A stretch of DNA of 61,543 nt, counting the filler, from Choristocarpus tenellus KU-1152 (taxonomy: Eukaryota > Protista > Phaeophyceae), in assembly GCA_964200185.2 (NCBI GenBank). It is 10 parts of 10 records of this genome, joined end to end, with 100 filler letters (N's around TTAATTAATTAA, not from the genome) between each part and the next. Parts side by side here need not be neighbours in the genome. Positions count along the whole stretch, not along the records: positions 1 to 17,181 come from CAXNAD020000707.1; positions 17,282 to 19,944 come from CAXNAD020025843.1; positions 20,045 to 22,871 come from CAXNAD020024397.1; positions 22,972 to 29,828 come from CAXNAD020007205.1; 6 more parts are not named here. One strand, 5' to 3'. Shown piece after piece: positions 14,101-25,175 of this stretch. Numbering within the stretch: position 1 is the stretch's first letter; every line of letters starts with the position of its first letter. The position numbers were made by a program, and so were the translations under genes. The notes beneath the pieces were generated by a model. The model was not told where the DNA came from, ran no database searches, and saw only the letters and a list, made by a program, of their open reading frames with translations.

Positions 14101-14760
14101 TACTTCGAAGTATGATGCTTGGACTTAGAACCATGCCACGTACTTCTTTCTATATTACTTGAACTTAGAAATAAGTCAAACTAATAGTTGCACTGCATCC
14201 ATTTCTGCCTTGATCAATTTTGTTGAGTTCAGTTATCCCACCGCTCATTGCTCCTCCCTCAAATCTAGCGCCGGACCCGCCTCGGTGTCGTTCGGCAATG
14301 AAACTTGCCACTCGTAACCCGGCGTTTTTTCGTCGTATAGTGACAGAGAGGACTTTGGATAATCGAAATTCGATGTTTGTAGAAAGAAGGCCAGGCTCGA
14401 CACAGTTCGGACCCCAAAAATGCAGCAGGTTCCTTAACTATGAGAGCCATGAAGTACCTCCCAGACTCAGATACAAGATAATTAAAATTATCTTGTTGTC
14501 ACGATCAGGGTGCATGGGTGAGGTCCTAACAAAGCCATGCGTTTGCTTCTTTGAAGTATTATTTAAATGGGCCCCAAATGGACAGCCCCCCCCCCCCCAT
14601 TTACTTTGAGCCAACACTTCCATTATTTCACCTTTCTTTGCAGGTGGATGTCTCCAGTGTTGCTGGTGGAAGAACTGAGACGTACGGCACTGACAAGACA
14701 TATTATCTTGCCACTGCTGCAAGTGCAATCACTACACCCCGTTCAGCCCCAGGAGTATGA
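5192..14760 (+). CDS. agd3: Secreted Agd3-like polysaccharide de-N-acetylase (carbohydrate esterase family CE18), 19 exons, ~730 aa
   Basis: Exons 5192-5296, 5515-5589, 5747-5884, 6315-6450, 7119-7251, 7479-7665, 7907-7999, 8219-8341, 8576-8654, 9004-9213, 9661-9772, 10210-10334, 10691-10758, 11355-11432, 11856-11981, 12321-12434, 12818-12911, 13252-13331 and 14644-14760 join phase-compatibly into one 2193-nt ORF. Signal peptide MFRLSLVVGAFALLSTVMS. Motifs WATKGIFQGERRFYLGPVVDDLFL, FAYNGNG, FYWQSHTLTH, SMVSPGITGLFN, GDN, PRFATFVYFNC, YMFHQAN and ETYGTD occur in the order known from fungal Agd3. The last exon could alternatively splice on at GTATGA. Confidence 0.88.
6484..6671. mobile_element. 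Sola-like MITE family B (188 bp), intronic
   Basis: Termini GGCTCAACGTATCT...AGACACTTCGAGCC, with a perfect 4-bp TSD TCCA at 6480-6483 and 6672-6675. Confidence 0.8.
10857..11109. mobile_element. Sola-like MITE family A (253 bp), intronic
   Basis: Termini GGTTCAAAGTATCTTAGAGGGTA...TACCCTCTAAGATTCTTTCACTC; TSD AGCT on both sides; homologous to copies at 39081, 56937, 58311 and 59925. Confidence 0.85.
13891..13954. ncRNA. Candidate intronic pre-miRNA-like hairpin
   Basis: Two 30-nt arms (TAGTAAACCTCTGACCTACCAAGGAGGTAG / CTATCTCCGCGGTAGCTCAGAGGTTTGCTA) give 25 Watson-Crick pairs plus 2 G:U pairs around a 4-nt loop. No expression evidence. Confidence 0.3.
14565..14612. mobile_element. Right end of Sola-like MITE family B
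   Basis: GCCCCAAATGGACAG-Cn-ATTTACTTTGAGCC; left end not clearly recognisable. Confidence 0.55.
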
Positions 14761-17129
14761 GTCAACCATGAATTTTAATGGATATGATTGTAGACTGACA
14801 TAAAAGCTCAGTAGGATGCTGATTTGTTATTTCCTCTGAAACAGTAATCCTTCAGGCGCAGTAGTGTTGGGATAACAAGTGTGAGCTAGCTCGTAGATCA
14901 AAATGTTGTAATACTTGACGCGGACCTAGTGCTGAGGAAGTTTTATTTGTTAGTGAAATTTAGTGTCCTTTTCGCGCATAAGGTATTGGAAAAGACTACA
15001 TTAATGCAAGCAGTTGATCGGATTTATCCAATCAGGGGTGGAGGTAGCTCTTCAGTTGAAGCATCTAGTTGTACTTTTCAAGATAATTTGTCTCGTCAAG
15101 AAGGGGACATGAAAGTGTTGTATTTTTCGTAGGGCAGAAATAATTTTTAGGGGGCCGGCCCATGTTATCTCCCAAGTATTTTGAGGCCAGGGGAATTTGT
15201 CACATCTTGTTTTGTGTCAATAGATTTAAGCTGGTATATGTCTATGTGTGTTTCAGGGTCAAGAGGGGTTAACATCTTGTGAAAGTACAGCGATTTTTCC
15301 TCGGGGGTGAGTTGCGTTCTGTGTCTCGTCGATTTGCTGGATGTGCACCACGTATTTCGTGGACCATGGAGGTTTTTGAGCTAGCAGATACGCACAAAAC
15401 CACACTACAAAGAGCACATTTGCTTCACGATAGATTGATGGGAGGTATGTTGGGGCCACCCTTCTAATGTATATATATAACATAGTTCATTTGATTGTTT
15501 ACGGGTTGAAATGTTAAAGGAAGTTGAATAAGCTGTGTAAGGTTGTTGAGGGGCGGTAGAAGTCGGAATAGCAGGGATAGCTGTAAGGGAAAATTATATT
15601 CTTTGTATTCATTATACATCATCATGAACACCGATGACTGAAAGTGGGATTTAAATTGTGTGTGAGAAAAATAAATGCGTTTCTTAGTGCATCTTCTGAG
15701 CAGGAGAGGACAGAATGGAGGAAAGATCAACTAGGTATTTGCTGAGGTAGGTGGTAGAACCTTCTGTGGAATAGTGGTGTCAATAGGTGTCATGATTTCG
15801 TTTTCTGAGTATTTTCTGATCAAGCTTTAATCTCATGCATCTTTCATTGACATATTTTGGTAGTGTGGTCCACAAAGTTTAATGATGCTGCGGATCTGGC
15901 AACTCTCTCTCGGTTTTATTTTTTTTTCTAGGCTATTTCGTTTTTTGAGGCTCAGAGGGAGATGCACTGTGCGGGTTATTGGTAGAGGTGTCAATCGTTT
16001 GTACTCCAGGGTAAGACATGTTTGTCAATATCTTTTCAATTCAATGCTCAACACTTGCAGTCATGGCGCATTGAGATTGTCCGTAATATAGCAGAGGGAT
16101 AAAATGTTGCTGCTTTGGTGAGAGTGTTTTAGATGTGCCGTAGAGGTGGAGAATCTCTTCAGACGATAATGATCAGGAGGCCAAACTAGAACTCTTTGTA
16201 CAAGGAGTTGTGATATGTTCTTAGAAGGATTTTTTTCTGAATTTTTCTGGTCGCGCTGAGTTCCATCTCTGGAGGTGCTTGTTTACCCTCGTCAATGCCT
16301 TGCATACTCTACATGCAGCTTTGAGACTAATCAGAGGGATTATGCCCATTTTTTTTGGCTATCGGTTATGACTAGGGTCAGAACTAGAATGTACCGGAGT
16401 ACTATGTAGTACTGTAGAGTATATACAATTCCAGCGAATTTATAAAAGATCCAGAGTGTGCAGTAGCAAGGCACTACATCGACGTAGAGTACACGATTCT
16501 GATAGTTCTCTCACAAGAGTAGTTGTACTATTGTGCCATTATTGAACTTTGGGATTTCACTCAGCCACACTACGTTTGGTAAGACCTTTAGTAGAGGGAT
16601 CTGTCTTTTTTTGTGCTTTCTTTTGGGTAACTAATTTCATTCCTAACATGCACCCGTTCTTTTGGCTTAGCAATACCTTACAACCGAAACATCATACTGC
16701 TGAAGGTACCAAGCAACACTGTTTTATTGGTATAGTATTGTTGGGGAATATTTATGTGTATACATATATATATATATATATATGTTTGGCACCCATCTGA
16801 ACAAAAAAATGAGTATTAAACACACAAACCAGCTTTGAGGGCCAACATTACATTTTTTTCTATACATACACACAATCACATAATACGTTCTCCTACTACT
16901 ACTACACAAACATACACAAGAGGTACAAAAGCATTTTCAATCGGTAGGTGGTATCGTAATTCATATTATAATATCGTCGATCTGTAGTTAGTACTTCGAA
17001 ATATTACAATTCATTTCCTATTCCTATATTCTTCCACCTCTGAATTTGTACGGCCATCACAAACAGCAGCAACACCGTCCATATTTTATCAATTTAGTAG
17101 GAAAAACAGTTTATCTGCTAGCAGCAGTA

Positions 17130-17181
17130 AACAGCCGATTTCAAAAATTGAGGATGGAGCTTTTCATTGAGGATGGGCTTG
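17130..17181. repeat. Dispersed repeat family C (probable DNA-transposon terminus) at a contig end
   Basis: AACAGCCGATTTCAAAAATTGAGGATGGAGCTTTTCATTGAGGATGGGCTTG recurs almost identically at 41133-41199, and as a diverged inverted copy at about 41375-41435. Confidence 0.75.
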
Positions 17182-17281
17182 NNNNNNNNNNNNNNNNNNN
17201 NNNNNNNNNNNNNNNNNNNNNNNNNTTAATTAATTAANNNNNNNNNNNNNNNNNNNNNNNNNNNNNNNNNNNNNNNNNNNN
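17182..17281. other. Artificial contig-joining linker (first of nine)
   Basis: N44-TTAATTAATTAA-N44, which places stops in all six frames. Also at 19945-20044, 22872-22971, 29829-29928, 32739-32838, 41200-41299, 49166-49265, 52173-52272 and 56023-56122. Confidence 0.97.
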
Positions 17282-17351
17282 CCCAAAATCGCGACATGAA
17301 AAAATTGACCCCAAATGGACAGCTGCTACCCCCTCCCAGATACTTTGAGCC
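17282..17351. mobile_element. Right end of Sola-like MITE family B, truncated by the contig start
   Basis: CCCCAAATGGACAGCTGCTACCCCCTCCCAGATACTTTGAGCC matches the 6484 and 52614 copies. Confidence 0.75.
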
Positions 17352-17414
17352 AAACAAGTCACTGCAGGATAAGCAAGGTGCCCAAATAGGTGCCCAAGGA
17401 ATTACCCTCTACAG

Positions 17415-19896
17415 GGTGTCACACATGCGTCAAGGAGCTATCAGCAACATCTATGCAATTGTCTCTCTTGTGCAAGTATTGCATTTTCCCAGGAACTTGA
17501 TTCAATGTGGTGGTGCCCCTGTTGATAACGAACCTAACCGTGGTAGCTTTTTGTTGGAATTCACAGCTCATCTTTGAAAAGCTCCATCTTCAACTGGCAT
17601 CAAGATACGCATGTATGTGTCCAACATAATACAGGTGGAGGCAAGTGAGATGGAGTGGGATCACCTCTACTACACAAAGTTAGACAAGGAGGACATCTCT
17701 AGGATACTCAACCTCCCTTCACAAATTCAGGCAAGCTCCCTGCTCACACAATGCGTTTTGGGGTGAAGAATGGGTTGCAGATGTGAGCAAAATGTTGTCA
17801 TTAGAGTTGGATACTTTCCTTTGAATGGGAGGGTTGGCTTCCTCCTCAGGGTATGGGGTGGGATTGGTGTTCGCATGAGTCTAGGCTTTATTGATTCAGA
17901 GGATACTTTCACCACCTCCATTTTCACTTGCTGTATTTTTAACTGCGAATATTCACCTCCCTCTCCTCACTTGCACGCCCTGTTGCATGTATGTCCCCCA
18001 ATGCCCACCATTCCGCCACCAAACACTCACTTCACTGTCTGCTTCCATTTCAACACCTGGTCTCCTTGTCCTCCCATCGCCCTAGACCTGCTCCGCGGGT
18101 ATTGGCACAGTTTTCCCCTCCCCCAATCAGTCACTTGTACATTGCCACCTTGCCCTTCACTACGACTCAGTCCCTTGGCGGCAGCATTGGCTCTGTCATC
18201 CGACAAAACCCCTCACACCTCTCTTTCAACTTCTCGCCCTTAACCCCCCATGAACTCTCCTGTATCATTTCCCCCCATGCAGCTGGCCCTGCCCTTCCTA
18301 CACACGAACGACGAAATAAAGTCCCACGAGCTCCTCAACACTTTCACCAAGAACATAGATCCCAAGAGCTTTGCCAACAGCGACATGTCAAGTCAGAGCA
18401 GCTGTGCATACACCGAAGCATTAGCACCAAGAGCAGAAACTGTTGGCAATAGTGAGGAGTTGAGGACGTCGGAGGCTTCCGTTGAGTCCAGAGTGGTGAG
18501 CGGTGTCGAGGTTCTGGAGAAATTAAGGGGGAGGTGGGGGGACATGCACACAATATGGGAAAGGGTGGTGGTGTGAGTGAGGAACGACTAGAGAGAGATC
18601 AGAGGATGGGGGAGAGAGGGGGGGAGAGGAGGCGGGGGAGTACATGGATGAGAGTAGGTTCGGCACAGTTTATATGGGAACCATGAGGAACTTCAAGAAT
18701 ATTCTGTGCATCACTCCATATTATCCATCCCACTATGAGAACGCCTTCCTTGACAGGATTCTACGGCGCCACTTCTCATCCTCTACTTTTGAACCGTTTT
18801 TCACCAATAGCTAGCTCTACACAAAGATCATTGTCTTCATCACATACTGTGAGTCAAACCAATCGAGAGGTAGGCAGTATTGGACCCTTTTGTACTCTAG
18901 GCCGTGTATCTTACCCTGTGCAATACACTCTACTTCCATTGCTTTGTGTGCAAAATGGTGTGGGCAATATTGATATTCCCCTTTCCATGCACAGAGTGAC
19001 ATCACAATAATGCAAACACTGTTTCTGCTATTGTACAAAGTTGCGTCTTTTTGCCCTTTCTCGGGACCCTTGAAATGCAACTCGGCCTGCCTCTCAATTG
19101 GTTCAGCTCTGGTCTGGAGCATTTTGTAGTATACTGTGCTCATTTGGTTGTGCTGATTTTTTTCGAATCTGGGGGGTAAATATAATGTGTTGAGCCTATC
19201 GAGGCAAAAACATGTTCTCACAAAATGTGGAAGCGATTTTGTAGTATACTTCAAAAGGGGAGAGCAAGTGGTTTGGTGCTCATTCCAGAGGGAAAAAATG
19301 TAAAATAAAACGATGCACAACACTTGTCACAGGATTTTTTTTAATCCTATACTATAATTCCCTTGACCGATGAAACAGGGTATGGTTCATGCCTCCACCT
19401 TGACTAGGCAGTTCAGGGCAGCACTTGCTCAGGTGAAGACTCCTGCCGAGAGGAGCGAAGAAGAGGCAATCTGGTTCTTAGTAGATAAGGCTCTAAGGCC
19501 AAACCTTTACCACAGCCTGGATGAGGCCGAGGGAGACAAGGTACACTCAATTGCAGTAGACTCAAGAAGAGAGCAACACTTCCCCCTGTTCTATCTCGCC
19601 TCATCTCATTTCCTTCTTATCTCAACTTCCTACTCACTCTCCACTCTTCCCTTCAACCCCTGACGTTTTCTCCCTGGAGTTTCTGTTAACGATAGCCATC
19701 ATAACAAATGGAGATAAGAAAAGTAAGGGTCAGGGGATAATTTTTTTGTTCGTCGAAGGAGAGACTGATTATCCCTTTTGAACTTTTGGGAGGCAGCTAG
19801 TCAGCGATCCTCTCTACCCGAATATTGCTATCAGCCCCAGTTTCTTCCTCACAGATATATTGCTTGGGATTGATATCAGACATAACAACACTAGAG
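17415..19896 (+). CDS. Internal fragment of a multi-exon gene, unknown product
   Basis: Phase-compatible exons 17415-17475, 17635-17730 (GC donor), 18283-18495, 19379-19540 and 19797-19896 read VSHMRQGAISNIYAIVSLVQ-VEASEMEWDHLYYTKLDKEDISRILNLPSQIQ-LALPFLHTNDEIKSHELLNTFTKNID...-GMVHASTLTRQFRAALAQV...-LVSDPLYPNIAISPSFFLTDILLGIDIRH. No family recognised. Confidence 0.55.
18851..19109. mobile_element. GAG...CTC-terminated MITE family D (Sola-like)
   Basis: TIR GAGTCAAACCAATCGAGAGGTAGGC...GCCTGCCTCTCAATTGGTTCAGCTC; second copy at 37351-37618; TSD decayed. Confidence 0.7.
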
Positions 19897-20378
19897 GTAG
19901 GTGTCTTTTTGCAGTCTTGCTTTGGGGGGAGGGCAGGGGGGGGGNNNNNNNNNNNNNNNNNNNNNNNNNNNNNNNNNNNNNNNNNNNNTTAATTAATTAA
20001 NNNNNNNNNNNNNNNNNNNNNNNNNNNNNNNNNNNNNNNNNNNNTATCTTGTAGTATTGCTTACTTGCCCCCCCCCCCTCCCCCCTGAAGTTTTGTAGGG
20101 CTTAGAAGACGATGTCGAGATACTGTGCTACTATACTGTACTATAGGATAGTATTATGTAGGCATGGCTGGGTTCAAACGGGGATAGGAATAGCCCCAAA
20201 TATAGATGATTGAGATATCTATTATAGGATTTCTGGGGGTCTAGTGTCTTTTAGGAACTTGGTGTCCATCAGCAATAAACATTTCCTAATATTTCCTGGA
20301 AACCACTGTTTCATCAATGTGAAAAAACGCCAGAGTCAATCAGTAAGTAGCCTTCAACTAATTCAATCCACAGTAATA

Positions 20379-22073
20379 CTTCCTCTGTCCCATAAGTCTG
20401 GACTGTTAAGTTGTAGCTCTTCAGGATGACCTCTGATTACAAAGTTGACCTTTGCGTTGGATTCCTTGCAATAAATTATATTCTAAAACTACGTCTCGCC
20501 TTTATTCGACACCATCAACCCACCAATCCAGGGCCGCCACAAAGCCCGCTCAATCTACTTTGACTAATCTAGCCAACCTGTCCTCCCACTCTCTTCTTTT
20601 GGTGCTGATGTGCTCTACCTCGAAATTGTTCCCCCCAACACCCTTAACACCTTTTTGTACCTGTTGAACAGACTCTACCACACCCTCTCGAGCTTGTCTG
20701 CGTCATAAGCGTGGAATATGCTTGAAACCCCCTCCATAAGTTCATCAACGGTGCCGTAACACGCCACCTGAACCCTGCTCTTCAGAGATACAAAAAAACC
20801 CCAATTGATTGATGTCGAGATCCGATGACTGCACTGACTGCATCATGAGCTTGATATTCCATCCCTCCTCCATCCCTGCTGCGTTCAGCTTCTGCACCTT
20901 GCCCTTGCCTGTATGTGGGGTCGCGCCATCCTGCAGTATATAGCCCCCCCCAATTCCAGCCACGGCATTTTTCCTTGATTGCTGGCAACAGCTACTCCAT
21001 GTACCACCCCAGGTACCACTCGACATCGACGGTGACGTTGACTTTGTACTCCTTGCCCTTCTTGTGCTGCACTGTAGTCCTTTGCGCCTCCTTCGTGACA
21101 CAAACCCACCAGATCCCAATCTTGCCGTCGAAATCATGTGAAGGATCTAGGCGCAAAATGGCGGAGATGAAGATCACTTTGGGAATATGACTCTTGTGCT
21201 ACACCTCTGTCGAGCCCACCTTTTCCTCCCCTAGGAACATGCGCGTCATCTCTCATTCGTGGATGAGGTAGAACCATGCCTCATCGATGTGAATGGTGTT
21301 AGGTCAGTCCTGTAGGTTTTGGAGTTGTGGAAGATCTGGCTGAGGATGAAGTTCACCCTGTTCTTCTTGTGAAAAACGAAAGGCTAGGGATGACACGCCA
21401 CTGAACCCTTGTTGCCCCCATGACTTCGAGCCAGCCTTGAAGCTGTGAGCTGCTGACTGCAAGGTCCACTTCGGCAAGCTTGGCGGAAAGTTGGTCAATA
21501 ATCAGCGTGCCATTACTGGTGTTGATTTCCCGGATCTTTGCTTGTTTCGTTGATGTAAAGTCCAACAGCCACCCAGATCGTGCTTGTGATTTCAGGGAGA
21601 TGGTATTCCCCCTGTCTAACTGTTCTTTGATGTGCGCCCACACCCGTCGAGGGTGTCTCCTCCCAGTCCAAACTCTTTCGGCTCTTTAGACCCCACACCC
21701 CTCAGGAATCTCTCGTGACCTGGAGGGTGGGCCAATGCGTAGTGCAGAGCAAGTGCGGTTCGACCTTCCTTGGTCAGCTTGCAGTTCTTTCCCTGAGACG
21801 GTGGGGTTCGTCCTGGGGATGACGGGCTGTGGGGGCTCGCTATGGGGGCCGTTAGAGTGTTGCAAGAACATTAGAAATGGTAAGAATGTGCCCCATTATG
21901 TTTTCCATTCCTTCGGAACCATTTCAGAACAGAATTCTTTGTATAATTCTTAGAAATTTTAGTTTTTTTGGTCTAACATATTCTAAGGAATCCAACGCAA
22001 AGGTCTGTTTTGTAATCGGAGGTCATCCCGAAGAGCTACAACTTAACGGCCTAGACCTACGAGACAGAGGGAG
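20379..22073 (-). mobile_element. Full-length decayed Tc1/mariner element of the DD39D (PlantMar/Stowaway-related) type
   Basis: About 89-bp imperfect TIRs (20379-20467 and 21985-22073) starting CT(T/C)CCTCTGTC, with TA on both sides and internal transposase remnants. Confidence 0.88.
20580..21820 (-). pseudogene. DD39D-type mariner transposase pseudogene
   Basis: Fragments IHIDEAWFYL, HKSHIPKVIFISAI, FDGKIGIW, LQDGATPH, SSDLDINQLGFF and LGGNNFEVEH, broken by stops and frameshifts. Boundaries approximate. Confidence 0.85.
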
Positions 22074-22733
22074 TAAAGTATATTTTTAATAATGGGCATT
22101 TTCCCTGATACACCTCCAAAATATCAGAGAGCACAATAATACAATTTTAATGAGATTAGCAACAAAAATAATATGGTAGGTTGGAGGGGTGGGTAATGAG
22201 CCAATGATGAACCAGTAGGTAAACCCAAGACTTCAAAAAAAGTTAAGGGTGCCCATATTCGAGTCACTGAGGCTAAGAGAAGTAAATGCCTTGGGCAGGC
22301 AGTTCTCGTAACAAAAAGAAATCCCTATCTGACCCATTATTTCGACCAATAAGAAGGATTAAGCGATTGCAATCATTTTAACCCTTTCGATTTGCTACAT
22401 TCTATGTTCTACATTCCGTAGTGGGGGTCAAATTCTCTCCGTCTGATGATGCGACCCAAACCAGGGTGGAGTAGTACTACTCAAATGAACAAGTTATTAT
22501 GCATATAGCGGGGACCGGAGTATTTATTTCCTTATTTTATTTTGTGCTTTGTTCTGGCACCGCTGCCTACAATGCCCTACTTGCGTCTTGTAACACAATT
22601 CGAGAACACCCTGGAGTATTGATATTTGTATAATTGATCTTTATTGTAGCTTAGTCGAGTGTGCAACCCCTACTCTCTGAACCGTTTTATTTTATCTCAT
22701 CCACCTCTTGTATAGTGAGTGCTCCAGAAGATC

Positions 22734-22797
22734 ATGGCCGCACGCGTCGAAGGCCAGTTTGCGGAGGTGTTCTTCACTCCTATCAATCTTGGAGGAG
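22734..22797 (+). CDS. Possible first coding exon of a gene truncated by the contig end
   Basis: ATCATGG context, MAARVEGQFAEVFFTPINLGG, then a G|GTACGT donor. Too short to identify. Confidence 0.3.
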
Positions 22798-22971
22798 GTA
22801 CGTACTGTGGAGTATCGTAAGAGCTAATCAGCAGGTAGTAGTGGAGATCGCAGACATGTACATCAACCGTANNNNNNNNNNNNNNNNNNNNNNNNNNNNN
22901 NNNNNNNNNNNNNNNTTAATTAATTAANNNNNNNNNNNNNNNNNNNNNNNNNNNNNNNNNNNNNNNNNNNN

Positions 22972-23034
22972 GGGAAGCCAAGCCCCAAATGGACAAACAG
23001 GGCAAAACTCGTACCCTCTAAGATACTTTCACTC
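22972..23034. mobile_element. End of Sola-like MITE family A at a contig start
   Basis: GCCCCAAATGGACAAACAGGGCAAAACTCGTACCCTCTAAGATACTTTCACTC. Confidence 0.8.
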
Positions 23035-25175
23035 TTTATTTCCAGTTTAACTCTACCCCCAGGTAATGTATTGTAGGGACCTGGTATTAGATCATCCGTT
23101 CATGTATCAAATGGTATTTGCGATCCAGTGATAGAATTCTTTTCTGGATATATCCATGTGGACGTTGCAAATCTCACATGGTAATCTGCACCTGTCTCAC
23201 CCAACTGCTTCAGTCAATGGAATCGAGACAACAAGCCCCTTGTAACACCAACATTTTATATTCTCACTAAGCCACATATCGTCCTGTGCTAAGGCAATTT
23301 ATTCATCATCTTAACCGCCAGTCCAGTGTTGAATACTTCAACATGGACTTCAATATCACGTGAACTCTAAACAAGCTCTTAAGTGACGTCAAAATAACCA
23401 ACCCAAAAAGAAAATTCCTTCGTATTGTGTGATACTAAAAGGGAGCGGTTCCGGGCAGTTGACCAGAGCTATGCGAGATTCCTCATGGATGAGATAGGCC
23501 TGCAGCAGCATCGGTCATTAGGCAGACCACAAATTTCGTGTTTGAAGAGAGGATGCAAGTACTCTTTTGATGTACTTGTGCATTTATCTACTCAGACTAT
23601 TTTGTTGCTGTTTTTTTCTCCAAAATTACTGTTGCATTTTATATAATCAAACTTTGACCAGATAAATATATTTTGTCTACATTTCTGCACTCTTGTTGTA
23701 CTGCCCTTCCGACCACGGGTTGGAGAACGTTGCATAGTTGCAAAGTGTTTGAGCATCATTGCAGCATGCATTGTACAAAAGATGAGATAAATCAATCAAC
23801 CTAATCAAGCGCACCCTCCGAAAAAACGATGCCCTTACCTTGGTAGGTAAGATGCTAGAAAAAGAATACAAAGACTGGGGCTGGTTTGGACACCTTACAT
23901 CCCAGACAATTTCGGGAAGGAAACAAAAGAATGAATTTCGAATGGCTGCCTGTCTTCTTCACCTCGCAAGTATCCACGCTTACGTTTCTGGTGTGTGTTA
24001 CGTTCTGATTGAGGGGTACAACTACCCTACAATGCTTGTTCGTAGCTTTTCGCATGCCATGCTTGTCATTCGTTTAGTTCAGCCAACACCCTACTTCTCA
24101 TATAATGACCACCTTCCATAATCGAATCTGGTGTGTATTCTTCTGGCAGCATCACTCCATAATTAATATGCCACAATTTCTTTCACACTTGGCAAGTGTT
24201 CGCTGGGTATAATGCTAATACTGGCGTAGAGGTTACATTGCTTCCACACATGGGATTTTCAAAATAAGAATCAGACGCTTCAAACTAAGCACGACTTTTG
24301 AGGAGTGTTGGATGGCGTTTAGCCAATACAATATGGTTGCTATTAATAAAAATAGTAAATGGTGTACCTAGCTGGAGATCTCAAGGGCACTCACTGAAAA
24401 TCTTGATTGGCACAGACCATAAATGCAAGAGCAAATACATCTACGGATGCGGATTAGTCTGCTGTACATCTGGATTCAGACCTGTCATTATAGCACACTT
24501 CCATAACACAACATTGCACTGTACAGGGGGATTATACTCGGCATATACATTGATTGAAGATGTGAAATCTGGTTTGATATCTCCGCCATCCTGGCAACAT
24601 TTTAACCGCAGAACCCAGAGTTTACTTCTAACTAGGTTCCTCTCCTCTCTCTACCTTCTGTGTCTCCTGCAACATTTGAACCTTCACCCTTTGCCTCTAT
24701 TTGCGCATCTCCAAAAGACAAAAGTCATAGCCACACATCTCCAGAAACTACAAAATTTCTCGGGTACTTCTTGAGTTCTTCTGCACACGACCAAGACATC
24801 CACTCATGAACACCCCACAGCACCAGGGCACTATTGCATCTGAAAGAGGTTAGTTGGTGGTGGAATCACGTTCACTGTGGTAAACAAAGTGGAATGTAGA
24901 AATATGAGGGGCCCAGACTCTTGACTCTCGATAGCCCATTTGTGTGTGAGCAGGCGCGAGGTGGGGTTGAGTAGTATCGGCAGCTTCCATATCTCCCTCC
25001 AAATTGAACCCATTGAGGATGAAACAAAGATATCGCCACAAGCAAGTCAACCTTGTGGTGCCTGCCACATAGATAGCACCTTTCCTTTAGCCATCACGCC
25101 TCTCAGTGCATATATTCATACAGACAAGGTACTGTAATCAAGGTGCAAGATGCACAAAAAATAACTATCCTGTTG

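Noticed and set aside
15258-15310. Possible extra 3' exon of the deacetylase gene (TTTCAG|GGTCAAGAG...GTGAGT)
   Set aside because: The protein already ends shortly after the family C-terminal ETYG motif with an in-frame stop at 14758-14760. It cannot be supported without transcripts.
17226-17237. Recurrent TTAATTAATTAA palindrome
   Set aside because: Synthetic six-frame-stop spacer centred in each 100-nt N linker.
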